Notes: generated by a model from the sequence alone, not told the origin. A DNA stretch of 64,000 nucleotides from Chara braunii (GCA_003427395.1 BFEA01000032.1:4907489-4971488), one strand, 5' to 3'; numbered from the stretch's first letter, positions 13,175 through 27,863 are shown. Translations and numbers: made by a program.

Positions 13175-13545
13175 CTGCCTTCCCATGACTATGCTCTATG
13201 GCCTCCATGGTTGAACATGTCGGGCAGGTCCATTACAACAGTAATGTCCTTCACGTGTATAAGGGCACCCATGGTCTGAAAAGTGAGACGGGTGCATTGA
13301 CAATTTTGTTGGTAACATCTGCTATATGTGTCCATGTCATGCTTGATGGCCTCCTATAGTTCAAAAAGTTGGCCATGTGCATTACAACTATGTGTGTCCT
13401 TCGTATGTATTCGGGCGCCCTATCGTCACCTAAGTCAGGCATGTGCATTAGCAATTTATGCGGTCACATCTTATCTGCCTTCCCATGCTCATGCTCGATG
13501 GCCTCCCATGGTTGGAAATGTCGGACAAGTGCATTACATCAATCG
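13175..13545. repeat. Degenerate ~155-bp tandem repeat (about 2.5 copies)
   Basis: Recurring CCATG..ATGCT.GATGGCCTCC.ATGGTTG.A.ATGTCGG.CA.GT.CATTACA.CA. Confidence 0.65.
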
Positions 13546-14993
13546 TAGTCGTGAGGTCGGGCCAGCATCATGAATCCCAATCGCGCCTCCCGTACCGGAA
13601 TCATATATGGTTAATAGGTAGTGTTATTTTCGGTGAATTTTTCACCGAAACTACTATATTTCCCCGAATTTCGCCGCACCACCACAAGCAATGTCATCAA
13701 AAATTTAGCGAACAAACAATGTAGGCTCATAATAAAAACATCAAACAAACAAACAAACAGACAAAAAAAAAACTAAAAAGCAATGCAACTCTACTCGGAG
13801 TAAAAATTGGGAAGAACACCGAATCCGGAAAACAAATTGGCGAACTTCGAAAGCTACTCCGAATAGGGTTGACGACATTGCTTGTGTTGGTGTGCCAAAA
13901 AACACCGAATTTTTTATCTTCCAATAACGGCCTCTTGCCGGAACGAATCATTTTATTTTTTTAGTATCGAAAAAAGTAGAGAAATCCACTATCAAAGTAT
14001 ACGACTATGACGCTAAGAATCTTCGCAAACAACCCGGAAGTAACCAGGACAATGAGATATTTACCCAACTTCACTTTAACCGAACAACTTACCAACTTAG
14101 TCCATGCTAGCTGTGCTGCCACCATTTCACTCGAGCCCTCTGATCTCCATTGCTAATATCTTATCAATTATTATATGTTTGAAACGACATAACAAACCCT
14201 TCCTCGCAATTCAGTCTAATTACTCAAACATAGTACGTAGGTCTAACATAGCCTGCAGGGCGACCACCCTCTAATTGGCACTCCTACCTTGATCCCAACC
14301 TTCCAACATAAGAAACTTAAAACCCAGAGTCCCCACAAAACATCTAACTACCAGTCAATACCACCCATGGTTAAATGTAAACTGAGTGCCCCGGTATTGG
14401 TATTTAACCTACTTCAACCAACTGCAGAATTCCTACTTCTCCTCAGGGCCACTGTTAGCGACCAATAGGGGGATTTCTCTTGACCCAACGTTCTCATAAA
14501 CACTAAAACCCTTCCGTGTTGCTAAACTACCATTGTTCCTCAAACTCCGATCCGCCTTGATGTACTGCATAAGCCTATAACGAATCATGCTTTCACTTCC
14601 ACATTTGGCCACCAAATCATCAAAACACCTACAAATTATATTTTTTCCCATCGCGTTTGTAAAACGAACATTAAAAATTGCTCAACTAAATAAAAAAACA
14701 CATCCTAATTTACGGAAAAAAAAGTGGCATCGTTGAGTTACCCCAACTCAACGGTGTAATTGGTACGTGGCCCCATATTACGTGTCCCATTTCCTATTAT
14801 GAAGACTTTTTCAAAAAAGTAACTCTTGAAGCATAACGTCTAAAGCATTGAGCCACCAACCCCAGATATCATCGACAATACTATTGAGGAGTTAACCAAT
14901 GTAAAACCACCAAAACTTCTCATCCAACTTCTGCCTATGTTTCTTTTTTTTTTTCCTTTTCTTTTGAATCAGCCTACAATCCCCAACCCAGGT

Positions 14994-15091
14994 ACCACCC
15001 GGGTTGGAGGTCGCCCAGGGCCGGATCCATAGTCTATTCAGGTTGAGCACCACCCAGGTTGGAGGTTACCTAGGACCGGATCCAGTCTATT
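14994..15091. repeat. Two-copy ~57-bp direct repeat
   Basis: CCACCC.GGTTGGAGGT..CC.AGG.CCGGATCCA..GTCTATT occurs twice. Confidence 0.8.
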
Positions 15092-15170
15092 GCTACAACT
15101 AGCTGCCCTGTTTTATGAGTATTGACTACTGCTCCGACGTATTCTCTGTCCTATGATTCGGTTGTTTGTC

Positions 15171-15533
15171 ATGTATAGTCGTGGCATGACGACATGCGAG
15201 AAGGGAGTTTACCATTCCGTGAAGGTAAGAATTCAACTCCCTGTTGGTAAGGAAATATGCTACATGCGTCGGAGATGGTGTGTTTGTGTATTTGGAGGTC
15301 GTGATGCAGTATCTAGCGATTGAGGTGCTAAAGCTGACTGGTGATGCTTCCAGGGATAATAAGAAGATGCGTATCATTCTGAGGTACATTCGACTGACTA
15401 TTCGGAATGACGAGGAGTTGTCAAAGCTTATGGGCCATGTCACAATCATCGCCAGAGGAGTTTTGCCCAATATTCACTTTTGTTGTTGTCGAAAACGTTG
15501 GTGACTTGGAGGAAGGGCGAGGTTAAGGCATGA
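15171..15533 (+). pseudogene. H2A: Histone H2A pseudogene
   Basis: Colinear with the intact gene. It has a ~22-bp deletion near 15252, a frameshift near 15481 and many C>T/G>A changes. The start of the 3' UTR is kept and partly duplicated, but the stem-loop is absent. Confidence 0.93.
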
Positions 15534-16169
15534 GCGTCGGGCGCGGATGGCCCCTTCATTGGTGAGAAAAACAAGGTCGAGGCTTGAGCGTGATGTGCAC
15601 ATGGCCCCTTCACTAGTATCTAGGCAAATGTCTTTTCTCTGCAGTCATATGAGCTTCGAGTAAATGTTCAATTTTGTTCCTCGTACAAACATTTCATTCG
15701 ATGTGTCCCATTGCAATCATTTTATTGAGTTGTGTGTGTACATTATCTTGGTAAAGACAAAGCATCTTCGCTTTGAAGCTGTCCGGTTTGTATTAGAAAA
15801 TGATGTAGGTCACTGTAAGCTGGCGACCTTCTCTGTAATTTTACATGGTTAAGGCAAAAATGAGGCGAATGCTGATAGGGAACTCAAGATTCATTGTAGA
15901 TAATCAAAATGAAGATAAGTTGTGGGTGATATGTCGTTGTGGACTTCTCGGCCAATGTGTTATTTTTATATTTGAATTACGGTCCATATAGGCTCGACAA
16001 ACGAAGTTACAGATCAATGGGAGGAAAGGAGAGCGATAAGGATTACTACGTGATGGACTCCCACAGTGGCATGGGTCGTAAAGCGAGTGAAGTGTGATAA
16101 TGCATCTACCTCTTAGATGCCTAATTAGGGTGCCTTACATATGACCACACATTGTAAGGATGGGAAGGG

Positions 16170-16193
16170 ATGTGTGTATGTGTATGTGCGTGT

Positions 16194-16278
<85 letters not shown>

Positions 16279-16488
16279 NNNNNNNNNNNNNNNNNNNNNN
16301 NNNNNNNNNNNNNNNNNNNNNNNNNNNNNNNNNNNNNNNNNNNNNNNNNNNNNNNNNNNNNNNNNNNNNNNNNNNNNNNNNNNNNNNNNNNNNNNNNNNN
16401 NNNNNNNNNNNNNNNNNNNNNNNNNNNNNNNNNNNNNNNNNNNNNNNNNNNNNNNNNNNNNNNNNNNNNNNNNNNNNNNNNNNNNNNN

Positions 16489-16525
<37 letters not shown>
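16170..16525. repeat. (TG)n(AG)n microsatellite, assembly gap (N 16279-16488) and poly(A)
   Basis: Read directly from the sequence. Confidence 0.95.
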
Positions 16526-16528
<3 letters not shown>

Positions 16529-16935
16529 ATACGAAAAAACATAGTTTTTCAGGGATATGATTGTTTGTGAATATCTCGAGCGGGAGGAGTGACTCTATTT
16601 TCTTTTGTTCCTCTCGGCGTTTCCTTTTCACCCTTCTCAATTCGCTTTGTCCATTGACTGGGGCGCACTCACAACGAAGGATTTGCTTTCGATATAAATA
16701 TCAATCTAGTGCAGACGGTAGAGGGTGGTATAAATGGGGTTGAAAGTGGTTGAAGCATCCATCGCAATAACTTGTGAAATCGGCATGAAAAATGCGTAAA
16801 GTTGCGGAAGATGATGGTTGTAAGGGTAAATTTGACTTGTGCATGTCATTCACGAGCATATTTGTTTTTCTTGTCCTACTCGTATTCCTCTAATTATCAG
16901 TGTTCCGCCTACGAACAAAGTTTTGAAGTGGTATT

Positions 16936-16983
<48 letters not shown>

Positions 16984-17890
16984 CTCTCTCTCTCTCTCTC
17001 TTGCATGTTCCTTGTCTTGTACCTCAATGCCTCACCTTTTCTTATCACCTCTTTTCGCATTTGTTGTTTATTATGTCATCATTGCACCCCCTGCTAAATG
17101 TTCACGATTTGTAATTTTCTCGTTACCTCCATTTATTCTCATCTGTATCTTCGTGTTTGCAATAGTAAATTGATCTCATTTATGCAACCATTTACTTATC
17201 CCTTCGTGTTCCACATCGAGCTTGCTTATCACCTACCCTCCTGCTTTAACTCCTCGTTCTATCCAACTATCCTACTCTCTTCCTCTACGTGTCCTCTTCT
17301 TCAAGTTCCTTTTCACATTGTATCTTCCCTTGTTCGTTTTGCTACCAGATACCCTCTGGGCGAGCCATTCTCCGCGGCTGATTTGGGTTCATTGAGAGTC
17401 CAACTCGAATTGTCTTTCTATGTTATTTTCGTGCTCGTCATCACATGATCATATCTCATTATCTGGCGATATCACTTCGTTATGTGATTGGCGATGTTAT
17501 CCTCGTGCTATAAGAAGAGGGACCTTACGATATCACTTTGCATTGTTTCTTCCTTCACATACTCATAATGTTGTCAAATTGCTTCACAACTCTATCTTCG
17601 TTTTGTTATCTCTCCCTCTTTGTCTTATTTCTTACCGCCTTTGTTGGTTTGGTCGCATGATCTTAAGCTAAAATGTTTCTTTCCTGTTTTTCTTTCTTTT
17701 GTACGTTATCAGACCCTATTAAGGTCAAAGTTTCAATGTCTCTTTTCTTCATCAATCTGATTTGATTGTCACGTTGTTGTTATTGGTTCTTTCTGCCTCC
17801 TTGTACCGTCGTCCTTTCTTTTTCTCTTTCTTGCTTTCCTGCTTATGCAAACTTCATCCTGCTTCCTCCTTCCTCTGCCTCCTTCTCTTT

Positions 17891-17930
<40 letters not shown>

Positions 17931-20900
17931 CTGAAAACTCCCTCATCCCCTTTCCTACCTTTCCCTCGTTTTTCTTTCTCACTCCTCTCTGCTTCGTCAT
18001 TTCTTCCGTTATCATATTGCCACTCGGTAAGGTTTGCTATTTTTTTTCCACCTCTCTTTCTCGATTTGTGTGTGTCACCCTTGTAGAAGAAACATAGTAG
18101 GTTTGTCTGTGTTGTTCATGTTTTAGCAAATGTACTGGAAAAAAAAATTCATGTTTTTAAGCAGATGACAACACGATTTTCTCTTCTTGTTTTTTTCTCC
18201 TTACCCTTCCTTTTGCTCGTTATGTTGCATGGGTTTTGCTCTATTTTACACATACCTGTCAAAACGAACAACTTTCCTTTTATGTTTCCTTGATCCCTTT
18301 CTCTGAATCCGTACCCTCTTTTCCGGGGCCAATTTTCAGGACCGTCAATCGAAGTACGTATCTTTTCCCGCCGCCTCTTTTGCAGCTAATGGTTGTGTTT
18401 AGTTTAGGGTTTTGTGTTAGTTTCATCATTTTTCTTCCGATGTTTGCTTTGCTCATTCTTCTTTTTCGTTAAGGAGAAAAAACGGTTTACGACAACGTCA
18501 ACAATTGATGAAGAGAGGAATCATCGTTAATGAGGAGAGAAAACAATTGGGTTGAAAGATAGTCGTTGATGCACTATCTTTTTCAAGCAAGTTGTCCAAG
18601 TATTTTTCTCAAGATGTTTGTGGTGAGTTTCGATCCTTGCATTTGTTGCTGTCGGTATACCATCTTGTTTAAACGAAAATTATTCTTCTCTGGTTTGAAG
18701 TTGATGTTGTTACTCTAGACGTGTCAGCATTTTGATAAAGATTTCGATAGGAAAACAAAGAGTGACAGGCAATCCCAAGCAGGTGTGTAAGGGAGCTATA
18801 CACAAAATATCATGTGATAAAAAATAAAATGAAGGTGCAATCCTCCGTGTCGAGCACATTAGTCTCATAGGGGGAACCACCCAGCCGCGTCACGCAGGAT
18901 TTTGCAGGACTTTCGCAAGGGAGCTTTTGCCGCTCCGGTCGAGTGAGCCAACCGCACCTCTCGCGAAACATAGACTAGGCTTAGAATAAGAAGGCAAAAA
19001 AAGGGGTTTAAGGTTCTTGAGATATAAGAAAGGGCCAACTCAACTCGCATAAAAGGGTCTTGGTATCTTGAAGCGCCTAAGGGCCCCACAATGATGGCCA
19101 ACACGTGTAGCAGGCTGGTCAGGCCACAACCACAAAGTAACATAACAACCCTCTGTACGCGCACGTGCCACGGTCAGACGTACAAATAAAAAGAAAAAAA
19201 AAAATTATTCCTAGTTTGATAAAAAACAAAAGTTGAACGGTAAATGCACGGGTTATGTGACATCAATAAGAAAGATCACCGTGCCTCAAGACTGCATATG
19301 CCCACACACTCCCTATCTATCCTTTGAACACACAGTTGGCCATAAAAATAAAACTGACTGTGACTCGCTCAACTTTCGCTCCCTATTTTCGAATAAAAAT
19401 TATTTATCTATCATTTGCAAAAACTAAAGCGGATACCATTCTAAGGGTATTCGCACCGAAATCGGTGACCTTTATGCCACAAAGCCTACGCCACGTTAGG
19501 CTCTTAGAGCAGTTGTCAAATCGGTGGGAACAAAACTTGATGACACACCTCATCGGTAGTCTAGGGTTTTGAGACACATCATAATCAATTCGAGAAACAT
19601 TATGTGTACAAAGTTAAAAACCATATGAAACTAACAAAATGTATATACTTATATCAAAGTATCGACGGTAGACTGAGAAAAGAGGTGCAAAGCATATGGA
19701 AAAAAAATGTATACTCGTATGTAGGGATCGAAGGGAGACTGAGAAAAAAAAGTATAATTCGAAAAGACATAGAAGAGACTCGAAAGAGAGTTGAGAATAT
19801 ATGCCAAAGTGAGACATACTCACACTACGACTTTATAAGATGCATCTGACGAATTCATTCTGCAAGCAAGCTGCTATACTATGCACTGCTTGAAAAGTAC
19901 GGTTGTAGATTAACCTTATTGCTGAGATGGTCCACATATATATTTTTTATGGCTCATTGCTAAACATGATAACATGAAATTTTTTAGTACTTGTTATGAT
20001 TGTGGATTATTGGGTTATCAGTGTGCATCTTTGGGTGGAGGATGACTATGTTTATAATGTCTCAAAACTGAAAATCATCGTCGGTAGGATGGTCAACAAA
20101 AAGTTATTTGGCCTAAAAATTATCATATGACACTAGTATTTCGCATTCCTGTGCTTTACTTGTATAAGACATGACCAACAGTTGCAATCTACACCTCAGA
20201 GCCATCTAAGAGCTTCAAAATCCCGTATGCATCCTTATATCCTTGATTGCTTGGGTCGGTGGTTCATGATACTAACCTACTACCCGAGTGGGGCACATAG
20301 AAAGTATAAAATTAGATCTATTGGATGCATATATCCTTTATTCTTAGAGTGTTCCTGTCAAGGGGCACTGCAACTTTTTGTCTTAATGGTTGCGGGTGCG
20401 TGAGAAAATTTGGATGATGTTAATAACAATGTACGGTGTGTCAGGTTGATCCAACACTAGAGCAAACTAAGGCTGTGCAATAACATGTAGAAAAACAAAT
20501 CATAATCATTATATCATTATTTGACCCCAAATAATGCAAAGTTATTATACTTGTGTGTTCGAACTTTGATCTGTTTATTGAAAACTCATGAGTGTACTAT
20601 TCACCCATGCGGACTACATTATGTTGTTTATTTGGCATGTGAATGAAACTTCCTTATACATGCACATTTGCATTATTTTATTATTCTTCGACATGCTATC
20701 ATTCCTCTTCGTTTCCTTATTCTTCTATCCTTTTTGTATCGTTTCACTTCTTCTTGGGGTGCAATGGATTGCAGTATTCCGATATCGACTTTTGCATTAT
20801 GAATGTCCAGGAATCATCCCAAAATTTTACATGAGGCTCAACCAAAGGGTCAAAGTGAAGAGACAAGAAACATCTAATCTATCTTTTGTAAGAAACACTC

Positions 20901-22494
20901 CCAAGGTTGCGTACGTAGGCAAGCAAACACTCATGCAAGAGACTAGCTACCCATCTTTGCACCAACACAATACCATAGTCAAGGCACAGTTGGACGAGGA
21001 TACAAGTAACTGGGTCAAGGAAAAAAAATAGGAGTTCATTTCAAGGGCACTCACAATCTCTCAACTAATCTCCTTGTGCGACAACATTCCAAGTAGTTGA
21101 AAAAAACTCTTACATGAAAATTTCACCTCGTAAAGCAAAGAGTGGGATATGTTTATTAAAGAATCCCCTCTTCAAAGGGTTTACACATTTAAAAAATTTC
21201 AGGTTATAATAATACAACCATCTTCATTTCATTTCCTCGTGAATATGATTAAAAAGAAACTCATGAAAAGTAATGAATAAAGACTCATTCACAATAATTA
21301 TCAGGAACGTACGAGTTCGGGACATCTAGCCTCGAATCTTTTACCCTCAAAAGGTCATTACATGTAGAGTTCGGTCTGACAAACTTGGTTTGGGGGTCTG
21401 ACAAGCCCAACAGAGCCAAAACTTTCATCCCGTTATACGAGTACTCAGTTAAATTGGGCTACAAAATGTTTCTCAAAACAAAAGACCCAACACCAAGAAG
21501 ATGGGTAAGGGAGGTAAAGGAAGATCACTACCCGATAAAACGATCCATGGAAGAAACACAATAAACAAAAAATTGTTATCATCAAAAGCCTTCAATGACT
21601 CATTGCTAGCATCAACATATATTTGCTAGACATTTTTTTTCAACACGGTGCACATACGGCCGCAAGTTTCGATTGTGGCGCCATCCAAAAGGAGGTCCGT
21701 GCCTTTTCTATTTTTAGCATAGAGCGTTTCCGGCCTCATAAAAAAAAAATGAAAATACTTCTGGTTTAATAGTTGGCAGAATAGCCAATCTATACAGATT
21801 TGTTTATGATTTATTCAGACCAATAAAATCGTACATTGCCCGATTAGATATTAAAGTCAGATCACTACAGGTCTCAAGCAAAGGATCTATGGACCTCCCT
21901 ATTCTCCCCCCCCCCCCCTCCCTTCCCTCCTCTCCTCGGCCCTCCCTTCTCAAATCCCTCTTTGGAGCAACCCCCCCATTCCCCTCTCCCCTCTCATAGC
22001 CCGAAAGAAATTTGTACAACATGATCATAAATATCATCCTGTTGACAATTTGGAAACAGAGATGCAGCATCAGGCCGGACAACGCTTAGAATCCAAATGA
22101 ACAGGTTTGGAAGGAATCGAGTGGCGTCATAGAAACAAAAATCAAGTGTTTGTGGAGCAAACAAAGGGTCTCCTTCTCATCAAGTCATACGAAACTCTGA
22201 ATTAGGACGAGCTTGCAACGAACTTGGTTACTAAACAATATATTGCAATGATGGAAAAAGTATACTTGCCATGGAAGAAATGACACAAAAATCTTGAAAG
22301 CCCCAATATTAGTAGATCAACTCAAGTATAATCCAACAAAGACCCAAAGAAGAAAATGTGTTGAAAAAAAAATTACGTTGGTGTGGCAATAAAATTTAGG
22401 GGACTAGCAGAGCTAGATACTTTTTCAAGACAGAGATAGATAATAAATTGATTGGAAACAATAAAAACTTAAGCAGAAAAAACTCATTAGCTTT

Positions 22495-23272
22495 CTGGCT
22501 AATCATTGCCTTCAATTACAAGCCAAATCACTTGAATGTATGGAATCGCTCACTCCAGGTATACAACCTGCAACCTGTTGATTTCAAATTAGAAGATACA
22601 CCGAAAGACAAAGGGAGCTTGGGTTAAACCGAAACTCACAGATGCCCCAACATCCTTAGTGCAAGATATACTACCGTGACGGGTGTACCAGACTCAACTC
22701 CAACCACACGGGCTCATTGAGACAAGCTCAACGGGATTCCATATCGACCAACATGGGTACAATCTCCCGTGAGCTCAAAGCATGTTCCATCAAAACTCAA
22801 TGGTTGATCATTGTTTTTAAGTAGAAACCATATTACTTAAATGCATGAAATCGCTCACTTGAGGGATAAAACCTACAACTTGCCGATCTCAATCTCAACA
22901 CATACTGGAAGGCAAAGCGAGTTGGGATGAAGCTAAAGCTTGCACTGACTGTGCATGTGCGAATTTCAACCGACCCCAACACAGTTAGTGCAAGATATGC
23001 TACTACAATTTGGTGTATCTAAACTCAACTCTAACCAAACAACCCCATTGAGACAAGCTTAAGGGGATTTGATGTTGGATAATAAGGGTACAATTTCTCA
23101 CAAGCTCAAGGTATGTTGCATCAAGGTTATTTATTAATCATTGTCTTCGAGTATAAGCCAAATCACTTGAATGCACCAAACCGTTTACTGCAAGGATTGA
23201 ACCTGCAATTTGTTGATCTTAAATAAGAACACATTCTGAAAGGAAAAGCAAGTTGGGATGAAACTAAACTCT
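22495..23272. repeat. ~310-330-bp tandem repeat, about 2.5 copies
   Basis: ATCATTG.CTT...AGCCAAATCACTTGAATG...AACCTGCAAC.TGTTGAT...TTAGTGCAAGATAT.CTAC...CATTGAGACAAGCT recurs at about 22500, 22807 and 23136. Confidence 0.85.
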
Positions 23273-24061
23273 AAGGTGACGAAGGTAGAAAGACGTGTCA
23301 AGAGATAAACCATTTATGTGTTACAATAAAATAAAGGAGAGTAACACTACTACCTGTGGGGATGATTTGGTCTAGTTGGTTCAAGTCTATTCGACACCCC
23401 AGAGGACTAAGAGAAGTGATTAAGAGATTTTCTACAGGGGTAAATTAGTGGTAAGTCCTTCCCTGGAAGGAAGTAACCAGTGTTGCCATCTCATGATTCT
23501 CAAACAAAAATGGAAAGAAGCATTGTGTAAGAAACCCTAGATCCACTTTCCAACATAGGAAAACAAAAAAGGCACAACCGGGACGGAGCGAGCACGTATG
23601 TCTTTGGCTGGATCAACTCCATGAACATTAATTTATAAATCAATCCACCCAAATAGAGGCATAGCAAACAAAGTAAGGAACGGTGGACCAAATACCTAAA
23701 CCTACGCACAAGTGATCTACAATGGTTGCAACTTTTTACGAACTTAACAAATAAACCAGCTAAATTAATGATACTACAATGACAGATCGTTCATAGATCC
23801 CTTCCAAGAAGAGAGTTGCTCATCAAACTCACTCTTATCACCTTGTTAAACCATCAGTACCTGGAGGTGTTTTATTATGAGTCTCAATTTTGTCTGCCAA
23901 CCAAGAGCGCCGAACCTACATCCACACGATAACTTTTCATGGAAAATATGGTACGAGGTTGTACTTTTTTTTTTTTAAGTTTTATTGTTGGACCTCATTC
24001 TCATTACATCCATACAACCAGTCTTGTCCTGCTCCCGCGTTCGTATGAAAAATGTAAGAGT

Positions 24062-24094
<33 letters not shown>

Positions 24095-25814
24095 CCATTT
24101 TTTGTTTCGTTCTCTTCCTCCCCGTTGCACCTCATACTGTGTTTTTCTTTTCTCAACCGTGTCCGCGGGTATGGCTATGTCATGATGTTGACATTCGCAT
24201 GGCAAACACGTCTACTCCTATTATGATTGTCCCCCCCTCGGTCTAATCCAATATATGAGCGCGTTGTCGTTCGTTGTTGCGTTGCCACCATCCATGTCTT
24301 TTTGCCACCGTCGTTCATGGATGTGAATGTTGGTGATGACAATACTCTTTTCGAGTCGCACGTTCGCGAATGGAAGGACATCAGCAACGACTAACATCAT
24401 CGAGGATAACATTCTTGTAGCCCCTGTGGACATATGCACGCACTTACATACACACACATACACACAGTTCGTCGCTCCAGTACACAATGTTGTACATGCG
24501 TTTGAACGCTCTGTGAACCTGATACATTCAGAATGTTGGAATTGTAAGAATGCATCTGGTCCAGAAATTGAGCAATTTCATGCCTAGTGTTGTGTATTGG
24601 AGCCCTCCTCCCACACGCGCATACATGGTCTAAATCAGAAGAAGGACAGGGTTGGTAAGTTGGGTTTAAGAACGGTTTTTCGGACAAGGGTCGATTGTAA
24701 ATAAGAACCTACCTGCGAAAGATGGTGGGAGACTCAATTTTTTTTTTTTTTTTTTTTCTTTTTCTTTTCTTTTCAAGTGAGATTGTGAGAGACTCGATCA
24801 TTTGTAGTATGCAGAGAAATAAGAATAGCGAAACTCATCCCCTTGACCTTGTTCTCTGACTCTATACTCGTATTCCATTTTTTCATTTTTTTTTCTTTCT
24901 GTTTCTCTTTTCTTTTCTGTTATTTTACATTTTACTAATCAACAGATGTCAAAACCACGCTCAAACCCGATTATGGAATACTAAGACAATGTGAACGAGT
25001 CTCGCGAAGGATTCTTGGGATGAAGAGACATAATGAAACTATTGGTTGTCTAAATGTTTTTACTTTTTCTTTTTCCTACTTTGTTATTTTTTTTTTACCT
25101 TTTTGCTTTTGATTTTGCTTGAATGTTTTTTCAAAGCTTCCAATAAGAAGAAAGGATGCACCCCAATCAACAGGTATATCTTCTATGAAATACGTACACC
25201 CCACTTGGCGAAAGATCGATACAAATCTATTAGCAACATGCAGGTATTACACAAAGAGACGCAGAAACTGTCGATGTTACCGATGGGTTTGCATGAGAGA
25301 AATCTCTGTTTTTCATGATAGGAAGTTTAAATGATCTATAAAGAGAAGCGTCGAGTAGTTTACACCATCAGAAACTCAAAGCGATTCATAGTGTGGAACC
25401 TACCGACTGCTTGAAAAATGGTGTTGTCTCTCGACGTTATCTGTTTTTTATGCTTCCTAGTGACATTTTTCTCAGGAAATGAACTTCCCACTCAAATTAG
25501 ATGTAGTAGCTGCTCACCGAGAGGCGAGCTTGGAGGAGGCGAAACTATCTCATGTCCTTCCGCAACCAAAATGATTACCTCATAATTGCTCTTTGCCTCT
25601 TCGGGTCTACCCCTCCCCCGTCCTTATTGTCGTTATGCTTTTACTATTCCCGCAAGTGGTTAATGACCTCCTGAAATTTCAGAATGAACTTTGTTTTGGT
25701 TAGCAGAGGTATGAAATCGCTAAAATGGCATGATGGCATTTCATGTTATTTCATAAGTTGCTCGTGGTTTGAGGGTTGATTTTTTTTTTTTTTTTTTTTT
25801 CAACGTTGCTGTCT

Positions 25815-26357
25815 GCCACTTCATGTAATTTCATGATTTTCAGGAAGGGAGATCTGAAACCTCTTAAATGACCTGAAATGGTTGAAGCTTCTGAAAGCGA
25901 TTTCCTGTTCCCTCATCCAAATGGTTGGATGGGGACATCTGAAACCACTTTTAAATTTTCAGCCACTTCAGGTCATTTCAGCAGTTTCACGTAAGGAGAT
26001 CCGAAACGTCTCAAATAACTTCAAGAGGCTAAGTCATCTGAAAACGGTTGGAGGTCCCCCCGTCCGAATAATTGGATTTGGGGACATGAAACCACTTTCA
26101 GAAGCTTCAACCACTTTAAGTCATGTTACGAGTGCCAGGTAGGGAAACTTGAAATGTCTCAAATTACTAGAAGTGACTGAAGCTTCTAAAAAAGGTTTCA
26201 TATCCCCCCATTTAATTGCTTGGATGGGGGGGCCTGAAATCGATTTCAGAAGCCTCGACCAATTCAGGTTATTTCAAGAGCTTCGAGTTGGATTTGAAAT
26301 CTCTGAAATGACATGAAGTGGTTGAAGCTTTTGAAAGCGGTTTCATGTTCTCCCATC
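25815..26357. repeat. Tandem array of ~147-bp palindromic units
   Basis: Units start at 25856, 26003, 26151 and 26296. Each is an imperfect inverted repeat centred on CATCCAA..TTGGATG. Confidence 0.85.
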
Positions 26358-27863
26358 AAAGTACCCAACACTCGTATGAAGTAGTTGATACCCAAAAATA
26401 AAGATATTTGTTAACCTTCTCTCTCTATTTTGCTTGATCTTGCTTCCGAATGGTGCCCTCGCTTACGCTTGAGCTTTTGCCTATCCTAGAAGGTCGCGTT
26501 TGCTCCAGTAAGGTTCCTTGTTGCGTATATCCTAGCTACTATTTGCTACGCCACCCTCGCCCCCACTCTCACCTTTGCCTTTTGCATCACTATTGTTGCT
26601 GCCATAACCTTTGGTCTCCTAGCTAGTAGTTGGACAAGAGTAGTAGCAACGCACGCACCACTTCGCGGAGACGGACTCAGGGTGCTGACTTGCATAGCGT
26701 ACGACGGAGACACCAAAAGGATTGCAAGATGACAAAAGTTGAGATATGAAATTCGCCCTTGTTTTTACAGGTGACATATATAAAATTTGAATTGAATTCG
26801 AAAACTTGAATGAGTGCGGTCAATTTCTCGACGGTCAACAATGTGGTTAATAATACGAGAAGATAGAAAGTGTATGGACGCGCAAGTTTCAGGTGAGCGT
26901 GATTTCCTTTTTGATATATCATGAGCCAATATTTTTACCGAAAAATTTTAACTTTTAATTAAATTAAGATTAAATGATTTTTTTCCTCCAGTTGATAAGT
27001 CTATTTGTGGCGTGTGTGCACAGGCGGAGGTGGCATCGTCATGGCCGACGTCAGGTCAGGTTATCGGTGCCGCGAATTAAAAGAGGATTACCTTTGATTT
27101 TATTTAAGGTGGCGGTTGAGTCCTCATAGTGCAAAAATAGTAAGGTGGGCGGTTACTATGCCTTTGGTTTAGACGGTGCGGGCAACCATCGGCCTCGACG
27201 TGCGTGAAGTTCGGCACAACGAAGGTCGGGATATCCGGTATCGAGATGGTAAAGACGGCCTCGAAAGAAGCGGTTAATTTTTGCGGAGACCAGCTTCGAT
27301 GATGGTGCGACCTTTATGTGGAAAACGACGCTTGCTACGTCCCGACTTGGGTTTAGCCTTTTTGGGTATGATACTATGTTTTTAAACTACAAATATAGGG
27401 ATCGAGGCCAACGACTGACGATGGAGCAATGAAGCAGCTTGAAGGGAGCCGGGAGGTTGAGGGTCTGAAGGAACTGTTGCTCTTGGTTTTGTCGCTGGTC
27501 CCTATCGCGGGACCAACTAGCAGAACTGGAATATGCTGCAAATGAGAGCTCGTGATTCTCACAGTCGCCAGTGGTAGTACGAAGCTAGAGTTAGAGGAAT
27601 GAATGTTTCTCCTTGGGAAAGTTTGACAATTGTTGGGGGCTGTGTATGATAGGCGGGTGTGAGTTACGAATGGTAAAATTGACCATATTAGTGCATGGCA
27701 ATGTGGCGTTTTGAATGTGTGTATATTTTGTGCAGATCGATTATTGGAGCTTGACGTGCCGTTGATGTTTTAGTTGAATGTTTGTGGGGCTTGATGTACA
27801 AGTCACTCCCTATAAACAGTGATAGTGACAACCATATGTCGCACGATCTACATATCTTATGAC

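Noticed and set aside
13619-13930. hAT MITE with CACCGAA subterminal repeats
   Set aside because: The TIR match is only partial and no TSD was found.
18786-19090. Small solo LTR (TGTAAGGG...CCCCACA)
   Set aside because: No matching TSD and no second copy in the window.
20750-23800. Decayed LINE (A-rich plus strand, LINE-like peptide fragments)
   Set aside because: No RT or endonuclease motif could be recognised by eye. A tBLASTn search is needed.
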